From the NCBI GenBank assembly GCA_903914985.1, contig CAIWRE010000238.1, forward strand, positions 1 through 34,302: a stretch of 34,302 nucleotides of DNA. Reading direction: 5' to 3'. This DNA is from an uncultured beta proteobacterium (GTDB taxonomy: Bacteria > Pseudomonadota > Gammaproteobacteria > Burkholderiales > Burkholderiaceae_C). The position numbers and the translations under genes are program-made. How positions within the stretch are numbered: position 1 is the stretch's first letter; each line of letters opens with the position of its first letter. The notes under the pieces are model-generated. The model had not been told where the DNA came from, did not search any database, and worked only from the letters and a program-made list of their open reading frames with translations. This document shows, in pieces, positions 9,316 to 18,124 of the stretch.

Positions 9316-10586
9316 TGTTGCGCGGCCCCGCGCTGGGTCTGCTGTTGTCGGCATTGGTTGGATCGGTTTTTGCGCAGGAGCGTGAGCTCTCCTTCACCGA
9401 GGTACTGCGACTGGCTCTGGCCAACAGCCCCTCGCTGCAAGCAAAAGCGCGTGAGTTGGATGCGGCCGATAGCACGGTCAAGGGTGCGCAGTGGGGTCGC
9501 TATCCCGCGTTGTCGGCTTCACTGGCTACGGCACCTGCGGGCGTTGACAGCACGCTGTCGGCCAATCAGTCGGCACCGTCTTCCTATGTGCGTCTGGACC
9601 AGCCGCTGTATGCCTGGGGCGCGATTGACGCGCGCATCAAGACGGCAGACCTGCAAAAAAACGTGGCCAAACTGGCCATCAGCATCGAGGCCAACGCGGT
9701 CGCTGACCGCGTGATTAGCGCGTTTGGCCAGATTGTGGCGACCCAGGAAAAGATCGGAGTGCAGCGGGATGCGATAGCCCGTCTGACGGAGTTTGAAGGC
9801 ATCATCGGCCGCCGCCTTGCCTCACTTCTGAGTTCGAAAAACGATGCGTCTTTGGTCAATTCCCGTTTGCAGCAGGCGCGTTCGGAGTTGGTGCAAAGCC
9901 ACGCGACTGAGACGCGTGCGCTGGCACAGCTCGAAGAAGTCATTGGCCAGTCGATCAAGGGCAAGATGCAACCGGTGCCGGTCGCGGTGGACTGGGCCAA
10001 TCTGGACGCCTTGCAACTGAGCTGCCTGGACAGCGCCAGTGAATTGGCCTCGGCGCGGCTGGGCCGGGACTTGGCTGACAACCAGATCAAGCAGCGCACT
10101 GCGGATCTGTTTCCGCGCCTGGTGGGCCGCCTGGAACGCATCCACGCGCCAACGGTGGGTTCGGCGAGTACCGACTACACCCAGGCTTATGTGGTGCTGG
10201 AAGCGAGCCTGGGCAACGGTTTGTCGGCGCTCGAGGGCGTGAACGAGAGCGCGGCACGCCTGCAGGCCAGTGAGCAACAAATAGAAATCACCCGCCGCGC
10301 GCTCTTGCAACAGACCGCCAGCGCGTGGAGCGACTTCCGGTCGTATGCCGACCAGGAAGCCATCCTCAAAGAAATTACGTCAGAGAATCAGGAAATCGTG
10401 GAATCATTTATCAGGCAATACCTCGCAGGTAAGAAGAGTTGGCTCGAAGTGCTGAACGTGGAACGGGAGCTGGTGCAAAGCCGGCTGCAAATGGCCGACA
10501 TTCGTGCAACGCTGATGACGTCCGCGCTGCGGCTGCAGCGTTTGGGCGGGCATTTGAATCTCGCGCCAGGGTCTAAAGCGCCATGA
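9312..10586 (+). CDS. TolC-family outer membrane protein of T1SS (LapE/AggA-like)
   Basis: Signal peptide ending VFA-Q, LALANSPSL, two OEP-like helical halves, C-terminal QYLAGKKSWLEVLNVEREL. Start is GTG 9312 or ATG 9315, overlapping the GT stop. Confidence 0.9.
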   Translation: MMLRGPALGLLLSALVGSVFAQERELSFTEVLRLALANSPSLQAKARELDAADSTVKGAQWGRYPALSASLATAPAGVDSTLSANQSAPSSYVRLDQPLYAWGAIDARIKTADLQKNVAKLAISIEANAVADRVISAFGQIVATQEKIGVQRDAIARLTEFEGIIGRRLASLLSSKNDASLVNSRLQQARSELVQSHATETRALAQLEEVIGQSIKGKMQPVPVAVDWANLDALQLSCLDSASELASARLGRDLADNQIKQRTADLFPRLVGRLERIHAPTVGSASTDYTQAYVVLEASLGNGLSALEGVNESAARLQASEQQIEITRRALLQQTASAWSDFRSYADQEAILKEITSENQEIVESFIRQYLAGKKSWLEVLNVERELVQSRLQMADIRATLMTSALRLQRLGGHLNLAPGSKAP

Positions 10587-12778
10587 CCGATGCCATCACT
10601 TCAGAAATTTCCCCGGTAACTCCAGAACCCGCCCAGCACCACGGTGACGAGTTGCTGGCCGCGTTGCTGTCGCGTCTGGCGGCTTTGCAAGGGCACGCGG
10701 TGGGTCGCGTCACGATGCTGATGACACAAACCGGCTTGCAGGGTGCCGACATTGCCGACATGGGCCGTGCCGAGCAGGCCCTGGAAATTTGGACGGCGGT
10801 GTTCCCGTCGGGCCACGCACATCGGATGGAACAACTGCCGGAGCCGCATGAGATGCCGTTGCTGTGGTTGGATGGCACGGGCGGGCAGGCGTTTATTTTG
10901 ACGGGACAGCTGAGCATGGGCAGCTACCAGGCGCTCACGGCGGACGGTGCCAAAGCGACTGTGACCATGGAGCAGATGCTGGCGGGTCAGGTGCTGAGTT
11001 TGCGTTGCGAAGCGCAAAACCTGCAAGAAGAGAGCGACCGACCGGTGACTGCGCGCGACTGGTTCAAGTACGCGCTGTTCAAGCGCAAAAAGACCTTTTT
11101 TGAGGCATCGATTGCCACCGCCTTCATCAACCTGTTGGCGCTGGTGAGTTCCTTGTACTCGATGAATATTTACGACCGGGTGGTGCCGTCCAAGACCTCG
11201 TCCACCTTGTGGGTGCTGAGCATCGGTGTGGTGCTGGCCTACGTGTTTGACCATGTGCTCAAGCATGTGCGCGCCAAATACGTGGAGCAGGCCTGCCGCG
11301 AAATCGATAATGAGCTCTCGGGTGTGTTTTTTGACAAGATGCTCAGCATCCGCATGGACGCCCGACCGGCCGCCGTCGGCACTTTTGCCTCGCAGTTGCG
11401 CCAGTTTGAGACCGTGCGCAATGTGCTGACCGCTACCACCATGTTTGTGCTGGTGGATGCACCGTTTTCGTTGCTGTTCATCGGCGTCATTGCCCTGATT
11501 GCCGGCCCGATTGCTTTGATTCCGCTGATGTTGCTGCCACTGACCATGGGCATCGCCTTCCTGTCCAAGGGCCGGTTTGAGCGGCTCGCGCGTGAGAAGG
11601 TGGGTGAGACCAACCAGCGCAACGGTTTGCTGGTGGAGGTGATCTCCGGCATTGAGTCGGTCAAGGCGGCGCAGGGGGGCTGGAAGTTTGCCCGGCGCTG
11701 GAGCCAGCTCAATGAGTCGCTGGCGTCCAACGACCTGACCACGCGGCTGCATTCGCAGTCGCTGATGAATTCGGTGCAAATGATTCAGCAGCTGCTGTAT
11801 GTGGCCATCATGGTGGCTGGCGTGTATGCGATTCACGACGGTCAGATGACCACCGGCTCGCTGATTGCCTGCACCATCATCGGCTCGCGCGCGCTGGCAC
11901 CAGCGGCCGGTCTGGCCGGCATTGTGGCGCAGTGGCAGGGTGCCAAGGCAGCGCTGGCGGTGCTCGAACGCATCATGGTCCTGCCTTCGGACACCCGTGC
12001 CGACCAGCGCCCCATCATTCCCGAGTCGTGCACCGGCAACCTGACGCTCGAAGGCATACGCTACCAATACGGCGAAGGCATTCCTGCCAGCTTGCAGCTC
12101 GACGGTGTGCAGTACAAACCGGGTGAGCGAGTCGTGGTGATGGGTGCCTCGGGTTCGGGCAAATCGACCATGCTCAAGGTCGCCTCGGGCCTGTATGCGC
12201 CCACCCAAGGCAAAGTGCAGCTCGATGGCCTGGACATGGGCCAGCTTGCACCCGGTTACCTGCGCGAGCACATCGGCTACCTGCCGCAAGACGTGTGGCT
12301 GTTTGAAGGCAGCTTGCGCGACAACATCATCATGGGCCTGCATTCGCCCAGCGACGCACAGATTCTGCGGGCTGCGGAATTGACCGGCCTGATTGCCGTT
12401 ATCCGCTCGCATCCGCAGGGCCTCGCTCTGCCTATCTCGGAAGGGGGGCGCGGCCTCTCTGTGGGCCAAAGGCAGTTGGTGGGTCTGACCCGCTTGCTGA
12501 TTGCCCAGCCCAAAATCATGTTGCTCGATGAACCTACTGCAGCGCTGGACAGCCGGCTTGAACAGTATGTGATTCAGCAATTGGTGACGCATATTGCACC
12601 GGACTCGGTGCTGGTGTTGGTAACGCACAAGGCCGAACTGATGCGCTTTGCCACCCGGGTGCAAATCATTGATGGCGGCAAGGTGGTGCTGGACGGACCT
12701 CGCGACGCGGTCGTGGAAAAGCTCAAAGGCCGGCTGAACGCCACGGCCGGCGCCCCGCCTGCTGTATCGCAGGCTTAA
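10583..12778 (+). CDS. Type I secretion ABC permease/ATPase with N-terminal degenerate C39-like domain (LapB/HlyB-like)
   Basis: 731 aa. MNIYDRVVP transmembrane-domain motif, Walker A GASGSGKST, signature LSVGQRQ, Walker B IMLLDEPT, H-loop VTHK. No catalytic Cys at the C39 position (DELLAALL). ATGA overlap with TolC. Confidence 0.93.
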   Translation: MTDAITSEISPVTPEPAQHHGDELLAALLSRLAALQGHAVGRVTMLMTQTGLQGADIADMGRAEQALEIWTAVFPSGHAHRMEQLPEPHEMPLLWLDGTGGQAFILTGQLSMGSYQALTADGAKATVTMEQMLAGQVLSLRCEAQNLQEESDRPVTARDWFKYALFKRKKTFFEASIATAFINLLALVSSLYSMNIYDRVVPSKTSSTLWVLSIGVVLAYVFDHVLKHVRAKYVEQACREIDNELSGVFFDKMLSIRMDARPAAVGTFASQLRQFETVRNVLTATTMFVLVDAPFSLLFIGVIALIAGPIALIPLMLLPLTMGIAFLSKGRFERLAREKVGETNQRNGLLVEVISGIESVKAAQGGWKFARRWSQLNESLASNDLTTRLHSQSLMNSVQMIQQLLYVAIMVAGVYAIHDGQMTTGSLIACTIIGSRALAPAAGLAGIVAQWQGAKAALAVLERIMVLPSDTRADQRPIIPESCTGNLTLEGIRYQYGEGIPASLQLDGVQYKPGERVVVMGASGSGKSTMLKVASGLYAPTQGKVQLDGLDMGQLAPGYLREHIGYLPQDVWLFEGSLRDNIIMGLHSPSDAQILRAAELTGLIAVIRSHPQGLALPISEGGRGLSVGQRQLVGLTRLLIAQPKIMLLDEPTAALDSRLEQYVIQQLVTHIAPDSVLVLVTHKAELMRFATRVQIIDGGKVVLDGPRDAVVEKLKGRLNATAGAPPAVSQA

Positions 12779-12802
12779 AGCACGCCTTTCTAGGAATATT
12801 TT

Positions 12803-13969
12803 GTGAGCTCCAACCATTCAATCAACGCGGCGCCCGGCGGGCGCTGGGCCCTGTGGGCCATCATGGTCTGCCTGGTGTCATTTTTCACCTGGGCCTACTA
12901 CAGCGAGCTCGAGCAGGTGACCCGGGCCCAGGGCCAGGTGATCGCCAGTTCGCGCACCCAAATCATTCAGTCGCTGGACGGCGGCGTGATCGAGAGCGTG
13001 GCCGTGAAAGAGGGCGCCACGGTGCGTGCCGGCCAAGTGCTGCTGAAGTTCAGCGCAGCGCGTGCCGATTCGGCCTGGCGCGAGACCCGCGCCCGTGCAG
13101 CGGCACTGACGGCGGCCGTGGCCCGACTGCGTGCCGAAGTGTTTGACGAGCCCATGGTGTTCGACGCCCTGGTCAAGGCCCACCCCGGCTTTGCGGAGAA
13201 CCAGAAAGAGTTGTACAAAAAGCGCAAGCGCGCGATTGACGACGAGCTGTCCGCCTACAAAAAGGCCTTGGGCTTGGCCCAAGAAGAGCTGCAGGCCACT
13301 GAGCCTCTGCTGAAGAACGGCGATGTGGGCCTGGCGGATGTGCTGCGCCTGCGTCGCCAGGTAACCGACCTGGAAGGCCAGATCGCCAACCGCAAAAACA
13401 AGTATTTCCAGGACGCACAGGCCGAGCTGGCCAAGGCGCAGGAAGACCTGGCCTCGGTGTCGCAGGCCATGGAGCAGCGCAAGATTCAGCTGGACAACAC
13501 CGTGGTGCTTGCGCCGCGCGCCGGCATCGTCAAGAACATCCGCTTTACCACGCTGGGTGCGGTGGTGAAGTCGGGCGATGATATTTTGGAGTTGGTGCCT
13601 GCTGACAATGATTTGGTGGTGGAGGCCAAGGTCAAGCCGGCGGACATCGGCTTTATTCATATTGGATTGCCGGCCACGCTCAAGGTTGACGCCTACGACT
13701 ATTCGGTGTTTGGCGCACTGCAAGGCAAAGTGATGTACATCAGCGCCGACACCATGAAAGAAGACACGCGCGGTTTGCAGGACCAGACCTACTACCTTGT
13801 GCGGGTCAAAGCCGATTCCGCCCACCTGGTGGGACGCAACGGCGAAGAGATGGCCGTGACGCCCGGCATGACCGCCACGGTTGAAATCCTGACCGGCAAA
13901 AAAACCATCTTGAACTACCTGATCAAGCCCATCGTAAAAACATTGCATGAGTCGATGACAGAACGCTAG
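12803..13969 (+). CDS. HlyD-family T1SS membrane fusion protein (LapC-like)
   Basis: Single N-terminal TM, QIIQSLDGGVIESVAVKEG, coiled coil, APRAGIVK, DAYDYSVFGALQGKV, PGMTATVEILTGKKTILNYLIKP. Confidence 0.93.
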   Translation: MSSNHSINAAPGGRWALWAIMVCLVSFFTWAYYSELEQVTRAQGQVIASSRTQIIQSLDGGVIESVAVKEGATVRAGQVLLKFSAARADSAWRETRARAAALTAAVARLRAEVFDEPMVFDALVKAHPGFAENQKELYKKRKRAIDDELSAYKKALGLAQEELQATEPLLKNGDVGLADVLRLRRQVTDLEGQIANRKNKYFQDAQAELAKAQEDLASVSQAMEQRKIQLDNTVVLAPRAGIVKNIRFTTLGAVVKSGDDILELVPADNDLVVEAKVKPADIGFIHIGLPATLKVDAYDYSVFGALQGKVMYISADTMKEDTRGLQDQTYYLVRVKADSAHLVGRNGEEMAVTPGMTATVEILTGKKTILNYLIKPIVKTLHESMTER

Positions 13970-13973
13970 GGCA

Positions 13974-15158
13974 ATGATTCACTTCATCCAGCATGGCTTG
14001 CGCGACAAGCACAGCCATTTTTTCGGTGAAACGCTGGGTTTTGTGCAGGCAGCGAAAACGCTCAAGCGGGATCTGCAGGTATGGGTGCACGCCCGCTGTG
14101 AAACGCAGATTGTGAACACGCTGGGCGCACAAGCCGTGTTTCCAGTGCAGACCGATGCAACGGTCGACTCGGATCCGGTAAGCGCGGAGTTGACGTCCTT
14201 TATTCTGGGTGCGACAAGCTTCGGCGGGGTCTTGAGCAAGAGCCTCAGTCCCATTATTTGCGCCGCCGACTGGGTGTTTGTGGCGTATGGATCCCAAAAT
14301 GAAGCCTACGGGCTGGCCTTGTGGATGCAGAGTCTGGCACCTGAAAAAAGACCGCAGGTGGCTCTCTTTTGTCACCGCCCGGAACTCCGTTGGAAGGTAG
14401 ACGCTTCGCGGAATATGGTGTCGGCGAATGCCTCGTTCTGGCGTTTTTCGGCTCTGATGTTTGACAAAATCGGGGCGAAAGACCACTTGCACCTGTTTGC
14501 GCCGGACGCTCATCTGGCCAGCGCTCTGCGCAAAGCCTCCCAACTGCCGGTGCACACCACAGGTCTCTCCACACCGTACTTTTTGTCGCCTGCGCAGGCC
14601 GTGGCAACACCCAAGCGCTTTGACATCGGGCTGATTGGAGAGTTTCGTCCTGAGCGAGGAAGCGGCCTGATTCCAGACCTGCTGGCCGCCTTGGATGCCC
14701 GGCGTCCGGGCTTGCGCTATGCGCTGCAATTGCGCCAACCCGGTGAGCGTGAGACCGTGCAGCAGCAATTGGCCGAACGGGGCTTTGCCGGCGATCTGTA
14801 CTTTCTTCCCGACACGATGCTGGAGCCCGCCGCGTTCGCGCGGCTGATTCCTCAAATGCGCTTGATGGTTTTGCCGTACTTCCCGGACCGTTACCGCATG
14901 CGCAGCTCCGGGGTGTTGTCGGAGTGCATTGCCTACGCCACGCCCTGTGTGGTGCCTGCAGGAACGTGGCTCAGCGACCAGGTGCAGAGCGGGGCGGGTG
15001 TGGGCAGCGTGTTTGCCGATTGGAGCGCAGACGCCATTTGTACTGCCACGGTACAGGCCTTGGATCAGTTGGATACCTTGGCGGAGTCGGCGCAAAAAAA
15101 AATGCTGCCATGGAGGCAGCAAAACTGTGCCCGGGCGATGCTCGAGCGTCTCACTTGA
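13974..15158 (+). CDS. GT-B fold glycosyltransferase (GT4-like, divergent)
   Basis: 394 aa, 4 bp after the MFP. IGLIGEFRPERG and VLPYFPDRYRMRSSGVLSECIAYATPCVV match the GT-B C-terminal nucleotide-sugar binding region. Confidence 0.75.
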   Translation: MIHFIQHGLRDKHSHFFGETLGFVQAAKTLKRDLQVWVHARCETQIVNTLGAQAVFPVQTDATVDSDPVSAELTSFILGATSFGGVLSKSLSPIICAADWVFVAYGSQNEAYGLALWMQSLAPEKRPQVALFCHRPELRWKVDASRNMVSANASFWRFSALMFDKIGAKDHLHLFAPDAHLASALRKASQLPVHTTGLSTPYFLSPAQAVATPKRFDIGLIGEFRPERGSGLIPDLLAALDARRPGLRYALQLRQPGERETVQQQLAERGFAGDLYFLPDTMLEPAAFARLIPQMRLMVLPYFPDRYRMRSSGVLSECIAYATPCVVPAGTWLSDQVQSGAGVGSVFADWSADAICTATVQALDQLDTLAESAQKKMLPWRQQNCARAMLERLT

Positions 15159-15215
15159 ATTGCACCCCCCACGCGCCTACACGCGCGAAGAGGGGTTTTG
15201 ATACCGGTCAGCCGC

Positions 15216-15518
15216 TTATTTTGCGACGCAGAGGTAGCCGCCGGTGGCGAAGGACACGCCTTTTTCATTCTGGGCACGGCTGTGGTAACCGCCAGGCTTT
15301 GCTGCGCTGTTGACGCCTCCGCAGGCAGCCACACCAGCGGCTGCTTTGTCGGCAGGTACCGGTCCAAATGCGGCGGGACGGTCCCAGATCACGGTACCCG
15401 ATGCGTCACGCGCCAAGCGCGGAGGGGTTTGGTCTTCGCTCGCGCCGGGGCCGGGCGCGGGAGAGGCGCAGGCCGCCAAAATTGCCAGAGATGCCAATGC
15501 CAGGTAGTGCAAACGCAT
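15216..15518 (-). CDS. Small hypothetical lipoprotein
   Basis: 100 aa. MRLHYLALASLAILAAC lipobox, Pro/Ala linker and two further Cys. AGGA-like RBS upstream on the minus strand. Confidence 0.75.
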   Translation of the reverse strand: MRLHYLALASLAILAACASPAPGPGASEDQTPPRLARDASGTVIWDRPAAFGPVPADKAAAGVAACGGVNSAAKPGGYHSRAQNEKGVSFATGGYLCVAK

Positions 15519-15634
15519 GGGATGTGTCCTTTAAATGAATAGTGCCAATAATACAGTTCAAACTGCATAAATACCAACCCGATAGTATATCGCCTGGCTA
15601 TGTAAAATAGCGTTCGGTAAATATAGTTGTGATT
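15519..15634. promoter_or_regulatory. AT-rich divergent promoter region with three short inverted repeats
   Basis: Strongly AT-rich compared with flanks and located between divergent genes. IRs: CAGTT-CA-AACTG (15554-15565), CGATA-GTA-TATCG (15580-15592), GCTAT-GTAAA-ATAGC (15597-15611). Confidence 0.5.
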
Positions 15635-16612
15635 ATGTATATAAATAAAATTGGCATTAATATTATTAAATGGGTGACGCCTCTCTTGCTGGCAATGAGT
15701 TTCTCGAGCCCGGCATTTGCATGCCAAAACTATCCCTGTAAGCCCATCCGGGTGGTCGTGCCGAGCGAGCCCGGCGGTGGTATCGACGGCATGGGTCGGA
15801 TAGTGGCGCAGGTGCTCTCCGTGCGCCTCAAGGCTGACGTGGTGGTGTTGAATAAGCCCGGTGCGTTTGGTGCGGTGGGCAGCGTGTGGGCAGCCAGCGC
15901 CCCCGATGACGGCTATACCCTGGTGGTCAACGGTCTGAGCCATGTTTCCACGCCTGCGCTGGCTGAGCGTCCGACCTATGATCCCATTGAGGACTTTGTG
16001 CCCATCGCCAAAATAGCCGAGGCTCCTCACGTTTTGCTGGTCAACAACGAGTTACCCGCAAATACGCTGGCTGAATTAACCCGTTTGGCGCGTCAGCGCT
16101 CGCAGGGCGTGACATTCGCAGCAGCCGGTGGCGCTACAAGTTTCGCAGCCGAGTCGTTCAAGCAGCGCGCCGGTGGCCGGTGGCTCCATGTGCCCTACAA
16201 GGGCAGTGCTGCGGCGCTGCGTTCCACCATGTCAGGGGAAACCGACTTGATTTTTGTTGCCACTCAACTGGCCCAGACCGCACTGGACGGCGGTCGGGTC
16301 CGGGCACTGGCAATCAGCCATCCCAAGCGGGTGGACTACATGCCGACAGTCCCCACTTTGCGGGAGTTGGGCTATGACGATGTGGATACCTCCCAGTGGT
16401 ACGGGCTTTTTGCCCCAGCCGGAACGCCGGCGGCGATCGTTGATGTATTGGACAAGGCGATCCGTCAGGAATTGGTTCCCGGCGGGCTGTTGCAGAAATA
16501 TATTCAAAACAACCGCATGGAGTCTGCGTATTTGTCCAGGCAGGAATTCCGGGTTTTCTTGCAGGAGCAGACCAAGCGGATTAAGCAGCTCAATATCGAC
16601 TTGAATTACTAA
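15635..16612 (+). CDS. Bug/TctC-family tripartite tricarboxylate transporter substrate-binding protein
   Basis: Signal peptide, then NYPCKPIRVVVPSEPGGGID, NKPGAFG, APDDGYTL, HVPYKGSAAA, PTVPTLRELG, WYGLFAPAGTP. Start is ATG 15635 or GTG 15629. Confidence 0.88.
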   Translation: MYINKIGINIIKWVTPLLLAMSFSSPAFACQNYPCKPIRVVVPSEPGGGIDGMGRIVAQVLSVRLKADVVVLNKPGAFGAVGSVWAASAPDDGYTLVVNGLSHVSTPALAERPTYDPIEDFVPIAKIAEAPHVLLVNNELPANTLAELTRLARQRSQGVTFAAAGGATSFAAESFKQRAGGRWLHVPYKGSAAALRSTMSGETDLIFVATQLAQTALDGGRVRALAISHPKRVDYMPTVPTLRELGYDDVDTSQWYGLFAPAGTPAAIVDVLDKAIRQELVPGGLLQKYIQNNRMESAYLSRQEFRVFLQEQTKRIKQLNIDLNY

Positions 16613-16616
16613 GCAG

Positions 16617-18104
16617 GTGATCCAAATGAATTTAGTGGAGTGCAGCGCAAATACCAGCGAGTATGTGGCAGTGCATGCCGCAATGGAGCCCCAGCGACCC
16701 GCCATCCTGATTGGCCAGCAGGTGGTGAGTTATGGGCAGGTCTATCAGCATATTAAAAATTTTACCGTTGCACTGCACCAACTGGGAATCAAAGAGGGTG
16801 ACAAGTGCATCGTCAATGTCTCGCACCCCTATGTGCACTGGCTGCTCTTGCTGGCGCTGGAAAATCTGGCAGCGCTGTCATGTTCGGTGCGCCCGGGGGA
16901 GGGCAGCACGCTTCTGGCGCTGATGAAAAGCATGGACAAACACATCAGCGAGGATGCGGGCCCCAAGAATGCGCCGGTAGAACTGGTTCCTGTGTCTTTG
17001 GAGTGGGTTCAGGCACAGTTGAATGCGCGCATTGACGACGTGCACTACCGAGAGGTGTTGCGCTTTTTGGCACCCCACGCGGGCCAGCGCATCAAGCGTT
17101 CCTCGGGAACCACCGGCGGCATGAAGACCATGGTCTCGTCGAACCGCGGCGAAGAGACCTACCTCAAAGGCTATTCCGAAATCATGGGTTTTACCCGGGA
17201 CACGCGCTATCTTGTCGCCAACGGTTTTGTCATTGGATCGGTGCACCTGTGCGCCACGCTCTGCTTGCGTCTGGGCGCCCTGATCATTTTTGACCGGGGA
17301 GAAAACCGCCTCGAACTGATCGAGCGTCACAAGGTGACGCATGTGCGCTTTTTCCCGCAGCAGTTGCTCGACACCTTGAAGGAGATGGAAACACGTGCAC
17401 TGCCCAAGCCCAAAGACCTGACGCTGATTCTGGGTGCCGCACCCGTCTCCCGCATCTTGTGGGACCGTGTGTTGGCGGTGCTGGCCACCCACATGGTTTA
17501 CACCTACAACGCCAATGAGTGTGCCTCTATTTGCGTCATGGGACCAGAGGGCGAGGGCGCAGTGCGCGCTGGCGTTCAGGTGAGCATTGTGGGTCCGGAC
17601 GACCGGGTGCTGGAGCCGGGTCAAACCGGGCGTATCCGGGTCAAAGCACCTAACATGGTGCAGTCTTATCTCGACAATCCCGAGGCCACTAAGAACAACT
17701 TTAAAGATGGCTGGTTCTACACCGGTGACGCCGGTCATTTCATTGGTACGCGGCGGATCAAACTCGTCGGACGGATTGACGATGTCCTGAATTTTGCGGG
17801 CTTCAAGAATGGCGCGGATGAATACGAGGTGCAAGCCTGCAGGGTGGAAGGCATACAGGAAGCCTGTGCGATGGCGGCACCCGATGCGCTCGGGGTGGAC
17901 CGTTTGGTGATCTGCGCCGTGGCGACACCCGCGGCCGACCGACGGGCCATGGTGCAGGCATTGAAGAATGCCTACCCACCCTACATCACTGAAGGTGCAC
18001 GGGTCTACTTTGTTGACCGCCTGCCGAAAACGGAGAACGGCAAGTTGCAGCGTGCCGTAATGAAAGCGCGCGTGCCAGAACTCACCGGAGGCTACACGCT
18101 TTAA
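16617..18104 (+). CDS. Class I adenylate-forming (AMP-binding, acyl-CoA synthetase-like) enzyme
   Basis: RSSGTTGGMK P-loop, WFYTGDAG, GRIDDVLNFAGFK, LPKTENGKLQR (catalytic Lys). Alternative start ATG 16626. Confidence 0.85.
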   Translation: MIQMNLVECSANTSEYVAVHAAMEPQRPAILIGQQVVSYGQVYQHIKNFTVALHQLGIKEGDKCIVNVSHPYVHWLLLLALENLAALSCSVRPGEGSTLLALMKSMDKHISEDAGPKNAPVELVPVSLEWVQAQLNARIDDVHYREVLRFLAPHAGQRIKRSSGTTGGMKTMVSSNRGEETYLKGYSEIMGFTRDTRYLVANGFVIGSVHLCATLCLRLGALIIFDRGENRLELIERHKVTHVRFFPQQLLDTLKEMETRALPKPKDLTLILGAAPVSRILWDRVLAVLATHMVYTYNANECASICVMGPEGEGAVRAGVQVSIVGPDDRVLEPGQTGRIRVKAPNMVQSYLDNPEATKNNFKDGWFYTGDAGHFIGTRRIKLVGRIDDVLNFAGFKNGADEYEVQACRVEGIQEACAMAAPDALGVDRLVICAVATPAADRRAMVQALKNAYPPYITEGARVYFVDRLPKTENGKLQRAVMKARVPELTGGYTL

Positions 18105-18106
18105 GG

Positions 18107-18124
18107 AGCGCGCCGCAGCGCGCT
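18107..18124. other. Short GC hairpin between convergent adenylation genes
   Basis: AGCGCG-CCGCAG-CGCGCT. There is no U-tract on either side, so it is not a clear intrinsic terminator. Confidence 0.3.

Noticed and set aside
12455-12475. ABC signature LSVGQ instead of LSGGQ as a sign of inactivation
   Set aside because: Walker A/B and H-loop are intact, and the third signature position tolerates variation.
10601-15122. Minus-strand ORFs of 738, 356 and 399 aa over the T1SS and GT genes
   Set aside because: Shadow frames of high-GC genes whose plus-strand products have clear family motifs.
15159-15215. Possible intrinsic terminator ACCCC...GGGGTTTT between convergent genes
   Set aside because: Stem is interrupted and irregular; cannot be supported without folding.
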